A stretch of 63,869 nt of DNA, the filler included, from Reticulomyxa filosa (lineage: Eukaryota > Protista > Foraminifera): assembly GCA_000512085.1 (NCBI GenBank). It is 12 parts of 12 records of this genome, joined end to end, with 100 filler letters (N's around TTAATTAATTAA, not from the genome) between each part and the next. Parts side by side here need not be neighbours in the genome. Positions count along the whole stretch, not along the records: positions 8,368 to 30,631 come from ASPP01022423.1; 11 more parts are not named here. One strand, 5' to 3'. Below, piece by piece: positions 12,772 to 24,453 of the stretch. Position 1 is the stretch's first letter. Each line of letters opens with the position of its first letter. Position numbers and translations under genes: made by a program. The notes under the pieces were generated by a model. The model was not told the origin of the DNA, did no database searches, and worked only from the letters and a program-made list of their open reading frames with translations.

Positions 12772-15106
12772 ATGAGTGAATTAACGAAAAATGAATGGAA
12801 GTGTAGTTTATGTACGTACAAAAACGCTATGACGAATGAAACTTGCATCGTTTGTCAACAAGGGACAAGACCCAGTGTAAGCGCAGGCACTGGGAGTAGC
12901 AGTAGCAGTAGCAGTAGCAGTGGCAGTAATTCGTCAGTCAGGCATGTGGCAACGCACTACCACCACGTCCCCCTTTTCCAGCAAAGCAAGCAAACAAAGG
13001 GCAAAGGGATGGGTTGGTTGTATGTGAAAACAAGGCTTGCATGGTGTGTATTGTATGTAATGTGTTTGTGTGAACCAAAAGGCCTCCCCCTCCTCCCCCT
13101 TCGTCTCCCTCTCCGTCGTCAGGCGGTGGGATGTCAAGTTACTGGTCGTGTCCCCGCTGTACATTTTTGAACCCGCAGGTGGCGCCAACGTGTGTGATAT
13201 GCAGTGACCCGAAACCGACGGTGGTTTCGAACCAGAAGAATGGCCATCGAGCAAGCCATCACCCGAGCCACCGACACAAACATCGGTCTCAAATCCGCCC
13301 GTGAGTGGAGGCATCCATGGCACGACCAAGCCGAGCATGGTAATGAAGCCGATTAACAACAATAGTGGAAACAGCAATAATAATGGTAGCAATAATAACA
13401 ATAATAACAATGGCGGCAACAACAATAATAGCAACAGTAACAGTAACAACAACAACAGCAACAATAATAATAATAACAGTAGCAGTGGTGGACTTGGTCC
13501 AAATCCAAATCCAAATCCAAATCCAAATCCAAACAATAAATTGAACCAGAAAGTGGATGAAAAAAAATTGAAGGAGTCACAGGAAATGAAGGCGCCCAGC
13601 AAGGAGGAACCCAGCGATTGGATGGCGGAATTCATGTGTGCGATATGCAAAAAAGAACAAGGATATGACATCCCCTGCGGACACAAGCTGTGTGGTGGCT
13701 GTGTGAAGAAGCATTTGCTGAACGGGATTGTGCGTCAGCGCTGGAAGAAGGAGGCTATTCAATGTTGCATTGGCAAATGCACGGAGCAGTTGCCGCACTG
13801 GCTGATCAAAGAGTGCGGTCTGGGCGAGGCGTACCAACAGCAGATCGAGGAAATGCAGAAAGAGTTTTTGATATCGAGCGATCCGACCATGACTCAATGT
13901 CCACAATGCAAGAATTACTTTGCCACGGAGACAGGCGAAGTCGACTATGCCAGCAAAGAGAAGGGCAATGACGGTAAGCCTATCGGCATCGAGGAACACA
14001 AACACAAGGCCCGATGGAGATTCCGCTGTTCCCAATGCTCCGCCATCTTTTGTGGCAGTTGCAAGGCCATGCCATATCACTTGGGTTATACGTGTGAGAC
14101 TTGGAAGGACTATCAAGAGGCCAAGAAATGCAGGTTCTGTGACAAGGCTTTGACCCATGAAAATTTGGCGAAACCCGAGGTCGGGAGTGGTCCTGGGCTC
14201 AAGAGTATATGCTCGGATGACGCGTGTCTGGAAAAACGCAAATGGTCATGCGACAAAGTCCTATCGTGCGGACACAATTGCATTGGCATTCGTGGCGAAA
14301 GACGCTGCTTGCCTTGCTTGGACGAGAAATGTGTAGGCAAAAATGGAGCTACTAACAGCGAGGAGTTTTGCAATATTTGCTGGGTTGATCCTCTCAAAGC
14401 CGCTCCTACCATTCGCTTGGAATGTGGACATTACTTTCACTTTATGTGCGTTTGGAACAAAATTGATCGTCGTTGGCCTTCGGCGCGCATCACTTTTGGC
14501 TTTTTGAGCTGTCCTTTATGCAAAAAAGAAATCAAACACGAAGCCATGCGAGAGATGGCCTCCAAACATTATCAGCTCAAGGAACAAATCACTAAAGATG
14601 CTGTTGAACGATTGAAGATTGAAGGGCTCGATAGTGCTCCTCGACTTAAAGATCCCAATGATACCTATTATAACAACATTGAAAAGTACGCCATGGATCG
14701 CTTAGCTTTTTACATGTGCAGCAAATGCAGTCAACCTTACTTTGGGGGTATGAAAGCTTGCGAAGAGGCCGGAATGGAACAAGAGGAATCATACAAGCAG
14801 GAACATTTAGTGTGTGGATCTTGTGCTGCTGGAGCTGATACCAAATCCTGTAAAAAACATGGCAAAAAATTTATTACATATAAATGTAAATTTTGCTGCA
14901 GTGTGGGCACCTGGTATTGCTGGGGTTCGACACATTTTTGCGACGTTTGTCACAAAAAACAAGAAAAAGGAACTTATCTCAATCGATTGCCAATTGATCA
15001 GTTACCAAAATGTCCTGGCCCTGCAAGTTGCCCCTTAGGGATAGAACATCCCCCCAATGGAGTGGAAGAATTTTCGTTAGGTTGTGTGGTTTGCATTCGA
15101 AAATAA
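12772..15106 (+). CDS. MYCBP2/Highwire-type RING-Cys-relay E3 ubiquitin ligase with two RanBP2/NZF fingers, a RING and an IBR-like domain
   Basis: WKCSLCTYKN...CIVC and WSCPRCTFLN...CVIC zinc fingers; CAIC..CGHKLCGGC RING; CPQC..RCSQCSAIFCGSC..YHLGYTC IBR; CNICW..LECGHYFH..WPSARITFGFLSCPLC RING; YFGGMKAC and YKCKFCC..YCWGSTHFCDVCH tandem-cysteine region; HPPNGVEEFSLGC C-terminus. Confidence 0.88.
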
Positions 15107-16027
15107 AGATTTGTTCCTTCAACTCAATTTGAAGCGCCATTTCAGTGTTGATAGAATCCGCCATTCCCTTAGAAAATTTTTTTTTGTCTTTTAATTAAAA
15201 AGATAAGCAAAAAAGTTCAAAAACACACAACCATTGTAATTTTTGACTGAAAAATCCGTTTTCAACAACTTGGAGAAGAGGAAAAAAATCAATCGAATAT
15301 TCCCAAAAAAAAAATCGTCACACCAAAAAAAATCTATCAAAATTTCTGTTTTACTAGTTGAGTTTCTTTGATACTTTTTTCAAGTTCAAAATTGTTCGGG
15401 GCTCCACCCTAAACTAAGTTTAATAAAAAATGGTTTATATCTTAAAAAGATTAACAAGGAACCTCCAAATTTTTTATTTAAATTAATTTTTTTAAGCAGT
15501 TAATTTTTTAAAGATGTTAAAAGTTTGGTAATAAGTGCCTTCCCATCTTTTAACTAAATTTTTGAAATAATTATTGTTTTGTCAAGACAGCTAAAACAAA
15601 AAAGTGCAGAGTGATCAAAATCTTTTCAATATTTCAAAAGTATACGAATTTTACGATCGGGATCTAATCAATTAAAGTTTATATGTTGTCAGTTCAACGC
15701 CAGTGCACTTGGTGCCGGTCCTAACACAGTTGCGCACAAAAATCTCACAAAAAGATGATCAATCACATAGTCAGAAAACATAAATGAAACTCAATCCAAG
15801 AAAGAAGATATTAAAACAACTAGCACAACGGCACACAAAAATGTGCAGAAAAAAAGAAAGGTAAAGGTTCAAATTGGAAAATAAAGTGCAAAATTGATTA
15901 ATAATAAAAACAAAACCCAAGTGTGTTGCAACGGTATGTACACGTAAGAAAAGAAGGAAAAAAAACACAAGCAAGCAAAACAACGTACCGGGCAACTTTT
16001 GTGTGACATGAAAAACAAATATGTTCT

Positions 16028-17540
16028 TCACAAAAGTCCACCTGTCTTCAACTGGGAATTAATAACAATGTGTTGTACATCATTAAATACTTTTTCAATA
16101 TTGTCATGGTTAGTGGCGGTTGTTACCTGTGATCAAATGAAGCAAACAAAGCATAAAGAAAATCCACAAATAAATGAACTATTGAACACATAGGAGAAAC
16201 AAAAATTGCAAACAGACATGTATGTAAATTTGCTTCTCTTTTTTTTGCTGATTTTTAGCATTAAAAGCATCTTTAATAAATTGGATGGTATCATTGTATT
16301 CATTGTTTCCTTTGTAATCTTTCCAACACACGTTCAGGCTGACATGCCTAATTTTTTCTTCAAACAAGTCCTTTTTGTTTAAAAATAGGATCATTGAGGT
16401 TTTGGTAAACCAGTGTGAATTGCATATTTCCTCAAACAAATTTAAAGTTTCATGCATCACTATGACATTTTCGTCTTCCAACAAGCGTTCATCATAGCTA
16501 CTCAAAGAAGCTACAAATACAACTGCAGTCACCTGTTTGTTTTGGAATAGTAAGAACATGAAATAAAAAACATATTTCACCGTAGCTTGCAATGTTTAGC
16601 CGATTAGTATTTTTTTTTTCAAACGTATAAAATGCCAGGTACAAAACATTTTCAAAGCAATGTATCCATTTTTTGCGCTCATTTCTTTGACCACCAACAT
16701 CGAATATATGAAAACGAGTTGCATTGATTGTGAAGTATTCCTCTATAATCCCTGTTGTTCTTTTTCGTACCAATAATATGTCCTTAAGAAAACAACAACA
16801 AAAAATTCTTTTTTTTCCCCCACTCTATTTCGCAAAACAATATATATATATATATTGTCTTCCAAAGCAACAATTATGTTTGCAAATCTTCCTCAACTTG
16901 GATAGTAGGATCATAGTTCTCTTGGGCAATGCGATCAATTTCCTTGAAAAAATGTTCACAAGAGTCTGGAATGACCAGTCGAGCTCGCATTTCAAATGTG
17001 GCCTGAATGCCTTCATCTTTCCACAGCACTTTAATATGTTCTCCGACTTCTTTTGTGATTGCGTTGTCACGACGCAATCCTTCAATGAAAGCTGCGGACT
17101 TGAGTGATGCCGAACGAAGCTGAGGGGTTTTTTTTTTTCCTTTTCGTCTTATATTTATTTTTTTTTTAGCTTGGCCCCTTTTTATTTTGTTGTTACGTAT
17201 AACGATAAAAAAAAATCTCGTTTGAAGCGCTTTATTTAACGGCAAGGTTTTTGTATTCTCCTGGAAATTCTTCCTGTATTTCTCGACCTCGAATAATTAT
17301 CTTTTGCATTTGTTCGATAATTTGATTTTCAATTTGTGCTCGATAATCTGATCTATCTTTGTCCGAAAATCCATCACCATGAATGCATTTCAGTTGCTTG
17401 AAGATTGTCGTTTTCCCTGACGAACCGGCACCAAGCAACAGCAATTTTTTCAAATCTTTATCTTGCTGCCTATCTTGTCCAATTTCTTTTTCTACTGACC
17501 GATTACTTGATGTTTCTGGACTAGAACAGCACGCTCCCAT
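16028..17540 (-). CDS. Heterotrimeric G-protein alpha subunit (5 exons)
   Basis: MGACCS lipidation motif, LLLLGAGSSGKTT, RKRTTGI, DVGGQRNERKKWIHCF, LFLNKKD, VTTATN, ends ..KTGGLL*. Confidence 0.96.
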
Positions 17541-18007
17541 TGATCGAGATATTTTGAAGGTTAGAAATTATCAAGCCCCTTTTAGAAACTCGGTCGTTTC
17601 CTTTTAACATCATGAAATGGACACCAAAGCCTTAGTTTCTTTTTTTATTAAAGTTCAAAAATAGCTTAAACTTTTTATTTTACATCTTTTTCTTTCAAAA
17701 GTTAAATGTAAGCGTGTGCCGTTTTTGTTATAAATAGTTCTTGGAATTTAGAAGGACTCTAAAAGAAAATCAATAAGATAAGAGTAAGTCCTTATGTTGA
17801 CAATATTTAATAAAATGTTTTTAGTAAAATGCAAGAAACTTAACAAGAATAATTGAGTTTTTTATTGCATCATAAACTTGGATTGCCTCTTAGTATTTCA
17901 TAAGTAGGTTTATTATATACCTTGCATATAACCGGCCAAAAGTAAAGAATGCGTATGTAAGGATAAGAATTATACCTTTTTTTCCTACAAAATACACAAT
18001 TTTAAAA

Positions 18008-21000
18008 ATGTATTTACATGAATCGAGAGTAATCAAAGGCCTGAGTGCTTCTCAAATGGCACAACTGGAAAAAAATTTTCGCAATGAAAATGAAAATGGT
18101 GACGGTTTGGATATTGATCAATTTGTGAAAGTATTTGAGAAAGTTTTGTTTTCAAATGAAGCTAAGAACTCAAACGAGGGATCAGACAACGCAAAAACAA
18201 TGTTGAATGATGAAAGGGAACGATACTTACGGCACTTATTTATGAAAATTGATGCAAATTCTGATGGGAATGTAGACTGGGAAGAATTCACAAATTTTTT
18301 ATTATCTCAAAGCCAAGGAACGAAAAACACAATGACGAGCAAGTAAGAAACAGTACACATCAAAAATAAATAAATGTCCTAAAAACATTGCAAAATGTCC
18401 ATCATTTTATCAAGTGCTAAAGAGCAAAGAAATTTGGTTTTTTTGTTATTTTCCCTCCAATTTGGAACAATATGTCTTACTGAATAAAAAATACGTACAG
18501 CTCAATGACGTGTTTATTTGCAGTGCGATGAACTCCCACAATCCAGATTGGGACAGTTTTAATCACCATGAGTCACCTATTACGCGCATTCTTCGTCTTC
18601 CACATTTGCCAAAATTTTTAACAAGTAGCCGAGACGGACTAATCAAGATTTGGGATGCAAACACTTTGCAATTGAGACGGACCATATTAAATTCTCCTCA
18701 CTCTTGGGTTGTTGATATGGCTTATCTTCCGTTGTCCCGTCGACTGGCAACTGTTTCAGTCAACTCCATGTGTGGATGTATTTTTAGCGTAGTGTGTCTT
18801 TGCCTATCATTCATTTTTTATTCTTCAACATATGTTTTACAATGATCAATCTGAGATTATTCATTTTTTTGTTAGAAATAAAAAAAGTTTTCTTTTGGGC
18901 CCTGGACACAAACCACTCACAAACAGTGTAAACTTTTATGATACCAATGGATGGAAACTTACCTCTCAAATAAGCAATAATCCATACATTCCCGAAGACA
19001 GATCAAGAAGGCTGGATTGTAAATTTCCAAAAGAAGAAAACAAATGGTTAATCTCGTCAGAGCCGGTTTGCTTGAACGTGAGCACATTCAACAATGGCGA
19101 TAATAGAAATGATGGAATTGACAATATAAATAGTAGAAGAGAAAATATGTTGAACGATAAAGAATTACTTACTATTGGAACGCAATCGGGCAAAGGATTC
19201 TTATACATTTTTTCTCCCGATTGGCATTTATGCTCTGGTGACCAAAGCGTTGCTCCCAACCAAGTTGGTGAAAAAAAAGCATTTAACATAATAAGTTTGG
19301 ATAATATTTTGTCCTTTTTAATATGAATAGGTTGCTGTTAAAGATAAGTTTAAAGTGTGGGGGTACGAACAACTGATGACAATTAACAAAACTCTTCCAA
19401 AAGGTTTTAACAACGATAGTCTAACCATAAGTAGTGATAGTGGAAGTAGCGGTAATGGAAGTTTCGGAACTCGAATGAATGACAATATCAAGCCAATGTT
19501 GGTTTGTTCTCATATTCGTCCTTGTCGTCTCAACGTCACCCCAATTGTATTAGATATTCATACTGACTGGATAACACAAGCGCAATATATCCCCGATTTG
19601 TTATCATTGGCTACAAGTTCTTTAGATGGAGAAATTCGTTTCACTGATATTGAAAAGCGCAAAAAAAGCAAAGTTTACACTGGGCATTCACACGGAGTGT
19701 ATGCATTTGCATATTCTGCCGAAAACAAGTTCATAGCCAGTTGTGGCGTGGAAAGAAAAATGTTAAAGCTTAATTTAATTGTTTATTCTATTGTGCAAGG
19801 AGGAAAATATAACAAACAAATGACAACAATAATTGATGGAAGCAAACAAAAAACAAAAAAAGACAAATCTTTGATCCTTATCGTTGCAATCGATTGAACA
19901 TGCTAGTCGGTCATAATAACAGTGTATCACACATCCTAGTAAACGACAGCAAAAAGCAGATAATATCATTGTCATATGATAGATAATTAAAGTATGGGAC
20001 ACAAGAACTCTAAAATGCCTACAAACAATAACAACCGAATCAGGAGACTTCCAACCTGAAGATAAAATCACAGCTATGATGTTTGATAACATCAATAAAC
20101 AATTACTCACTGCATCAAATAAATTACAACTGTGGCCACTCAAAATTACTGCTCGCAAAGTTGGCTCTATTTTTTCTGAGTGCAGTGTGTTGTTTGGGAG
20201 TACGTAAAACAACATTTTTACTCCTATTTTTACTCCTTTCCATCTCCTCGCCTCTTTTGCTATCTCACTTCTGTTGTGGCTTTTTTCCCCATCAAATCAG
20301 AAAGTTCAGAGTCATGAACATCCCATTAGTGCTGCGTTATTTAATTCCAATTTTAAGCAAGTCGTGTCGACGGACTACAATGGCAATATCAAGGTGTGGG
20401 ATATGAAGTCATCTGCATGTGTTTGCCAGTATTCGCATGTTATTATTATTTGTTTGTTTGTTCTGTTTTCTGAGTATTACGTCGCAATTGTTAAATTCTT
20501 CCAAAAAAAATTTTTGGAAAAAAAAAAAAAAAAAAGAAATTCTGCAAAAAATGGATCACAAAATCACCGCCATGACAATTGATACGAGCCAACGACGTAT
20601 GTTCACTGGAACAGACAAAGGGGTGATAAAAGGTTGGAATTTTAGCAGCGGACAGACACTGTGTGATTTGAAAGATAGTAATGAACACAACTACGCACAC
20701 TGGAAAAACATTGATATCGACGAAGATTGTCAAAGCTCTTTGATTCGAGGGGCCGAAGTTCGAGGCATTGTATGTGTGATGGAAGCAGCTTCGTGGACAT
20801 GTGCTCAAGTAGAACACTGGTTGGAGTCATTTCGAGACAAACACACAAGATATATTGGTAAGAAACTTGTTGAACAAGGTGTTGATGGAAGCGAGCTGCT
20901 GCAGCTGACACATGAACAACTTGCGAATAAGTACAATATTGATAATGCCATTGATCGCAGGAAAATTTTGCAAGCAGTCCAAACTTTATTTGTTATTATT

Positions 21001-22590
21001 ATTTCTTTTTTTTTTTTTTTTTTTTTTTTAATTGAATTCTGCCAGAAATCTTTAAACATTAGAACAACATACGTATACATTTTTTTTTTTTTGTGCAAAT
21101 AAAGAAATCGCAAATAATATCGCCTCATTATGTAGTCAGCGTGGGTTGGGACAATAAAGTGCGGATATGGGAGGACAAGTCCAACAAGACAGTGCAACAT
21201 GCAATAACCGTGTTGCCGAACCAAAGTGAACAAAGTGATAGCAATCAAATTGAAATTACATGTTTGTGTTACTGTCCTCCTTCATCTATTGTGACAGGGG
21301 GATTTGACGGTTCCATTGTGCAGTGGAACCTATTATCGGGACACTTGATCAAAAAGTACACTTGCGAATATTTTGAAAATCATATACAAGATTCTACGTG
21401 TACGTGCGTGTTGTTTTTGAAAACGTATACAATTGCAGTGAGTGGACACGTAGATGGGTCCATGGTATTTTGGCATATCATAGCTACTACTAAAGATATA
21501 ACTCATTTGCAAACAAGTGACCAAAATACTACCACCTTACCTTCTAGCAACAGCTTTGCAATAAAGACGAGATATTATCGTCGTGCAACTTCTCATCAAA
21601 AGTATGGTGGTATCACCGCCATGACGTGTGATGCAAAAAATACTGTTGTCATAACTGGTGACACCATGGGTTTTCTCCAAATTTTTACATTGAATTTGCG
21701 ATCACTCACGAGTACCGAAGTACAAGATATTTACGCACTGACACCCCGATTGTGGGTATGGAGAGCACACCAGCACACCATATCCGCGTTCTGATTGTCT
21801 TCTCTTTTTTGTATGCGTACTTTTCTTATCTCTTTTTGTTGCAACACCCAATCATTTATTTAGAATAGACTACTTTAATGGTAGTAATCTCATTTTAACC
21901 GGTGGACATGACAATTGCTTGTTTTTGTGGACTTCTGATGGCACTCTCATCGGGTATTGCTCAGCACACAGACACTTTCATTTCAAAACATAATTGCTAC
22001 ATAAAGTGACAACGTAATTTCAATTGACTTTAATAATAACAATAACAAACAAACAAACAAACAAAAAGAATGTTTGGACAAATACAAGTGAATGCCAACA
22101 ACGACTCCGTCCCAATGTTGTGGTCATTGGACAATCCTTCAACATTTTCTGGAGAAAAAACAATAATGGTACACTATTTTAACTCTTTCATTTTTTTTGA
22201 CTGCTAAGCTTTAATTTCTTGTTGAATCAAAACAAAGGCAGCAGAGATACCAGATGTCGATACCAACACAGAAAAATCAGATTTTGAGACATTAAAAGTT
22301 TCCACCACAAATGAAAACAGCGAAAAAAGAAACCAAGCTGCTGTCTTGGAAAAAAAACTCTTGAAAATACCGCAACAAAGCGGATCAGCTTTGCAGGACT
22401 TCGTATTGCAGAAACTCATGCTTGAAAAATACAACACACAAATTTACAAAAAGCGGAAAGTATGTACTTAAAAACGTAATCATTTTATACATAAGATAGC
22501 TGTCTTGTTTTTTGCTAACAACAGTCAGTCCCTACTCAGAAAATGTTAAAAACACATGATTTGGAATCCATTCCTGATCTTTATTCTTGA
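18008..22590 (+). CDS. EF-hand + WD40 protein (WDR49/WDR64/EFCAB8-like) with an internal SAM domain; multi-exon
   Basis: LFMKIDANSDGNVDWEEF EF-hand; repeated GH..WD blades (TSSRDGLIKIWD, VSVGWDNKVRIWE, TGGFDGSIVQWN); SAM SWTCAQVEHWL...VDGSELLQLT...RRKILQAV. Confidence 0.82.
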
Positions 22591-23066
22591 AAACTATGAC
22601 CTATGAGAACATAATTAAATTTAAGCTACTTTTTATTTCAATAAAATGTGAAACTGTTGGAAGAAAATGTTTGATATTTACAAGTTTAAGTATAATCGAG
22701 TGTATGTAAAACAAAAACAAATAAAACAAGTCGGTTATGTAACTAAAAAGATTTAGGAAAAAAGAGCGTCTGTGGACGGTATTTTCCACGAAGCTCTTAC
22801 TTACAATTTTTTTGCACAACATACTCACTTTTCAATTTTTTTAAAATTTTTGTTGGTTTTCAAATCTAATTTCTAGCCAATGCAATCTATCACATGTTAG
22901 TGCTATCGTGCTGTTTTTGATTAATGACAGCAATTTCTTCTGTTTTTTTCTCTTTCTGCATTTTGGTATAATGCACACTATACTCAGTACATCATCAAAA
23001 TATGAAAAGAATTTTTAAAAGGGCTCGAATGTAGTAACTCGTTCTAAATAACTGACATAAATACCA

Positions 23067-24453
23067 ATGGGAAATGCCGAGCAGAAGAACGGATCAGTTG
23101 CGCCTAGCGAAATTGAGAAATGCATCGACGCCTTTAAAGATTCGTTTCAACATGTGACCCATCAAGACATGATAGACTTAACAGTCCCACAGTCGTTTGA
23201 ATTTTCGCTTCCTTCGTATATTTCTTACGCTAAGTATGCTTTATCGAAGGATGAACATTTGGCCCAAATGCGTGCCAAAATAGTTCCAATTCGATTGAAA
23301 GAGGATGTATTTTGGACCAAATATTTTTACAAGCTCCAGGAGTTCAAAAACCAAGCCCAAAAAGCGACATCCCCAAAGCCTGCAGAAGTGAAAAAGAAAA
23401 AATCATCGGTATGAAGTGAAAGAAGGAAAAAAAAAAGGGAGAAAATATAAAATTTTTAAAAAAATTTAGAAAAAAGAAGAATCTGAATCCGAATTAAAGT
23501 CGAACGAAAAGAGAGACGATATATTTGAATTGGTGTTGCAAAAACCAAGTGTATGGTTGTATCAAATCCCTGCAAAATTATGGAAAGGAAGAAACAACAA
23601 AGCAGAGGAGTGGAACATATTAAATCCATTGTGGTGTGGACGCATGCGCATCATCGCGTATGAAAAAGGGATGAAATTGAAAATTCAATTTTTGGAACCA
23701 AGCGGGACCATATATTTGGAAAGTGTCGAAATTCCACTGGACAAGATCGACGATACAGATAATCCAATGCATCATTACTTTGATGCCTATGGCGTTGCCG
23801 ACAGCAGTCGATATTTCGTCATATGGGTTGAGACCCCAGGACCAAAGAAGGTGCGTGTACCCTTTGGCTTTGGCATGCGCGAAAGACAGGATGCGTTTGA
23901 TATACGGTAAAGCAGATAAAATCAAACAAAAAATTGCGTGTACAATATATATACATATATAATATATATGTATATATGTGTATATTTTTTTTTCTTTGGA
24001 AACAACAAATAAAAACAAAAAAGTCAATTTTTATAATGCATAATTTGTGGCTGGTCAAGTGCGTGCATAAATGATCAAATGAGAGTCGTGCAGCGACAAA
24101 AAGAACTTAACATCAAAGGGGAAGACATTGACAGCGGTGAAAGTGATGATGACAACGACGGTGACAACAACAAGAAAAAGACGGAAGAGAACAACACAAG
24201 TACCGGCGTGTTCAATTTAAAAGACAACGAATTGATTCGAATTGGATCACATCTTTCTGGAACTCAGCAAATGGCAGCTGAAGTTGTGTCCAATGTAAAT
24301 GAGCAAAACACTGGAAACGATGTGTCTTGGAGGGCTTTGCTCCTGTCTCCTCCTCCTTCTTCTGATCCTCAAAGTGACCGCCACACTCCTCCCAAACCCG
24401 AATCACCCCCTCCACCCGCAAACGAGGAATGGGGAGATTTCTCTGGAGGTTAA
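23067..24453 (+). CDS. BSD domain fused to NECAP (adaptin-ear-binding) PHear domain, 3 exons
   Basis: BSD LAQMRAKIVPIRLKEDVFWTKYFY; PHear VWLYQIP..AEEWN..WCGRMRI..DSSRYFV..GFGMRERQDAFDI; C-terminal EEWGDF motif. Confidence 0.85.

Noticed and set aside
12934-13686. Antisense poly-Leu ORFs (also 43211-43771, 10604-11068, 36459-37031)
   Set aside because: Shadows of (AAT/AAC)n or acidic low-complexity coding sequence on the opposite strand.
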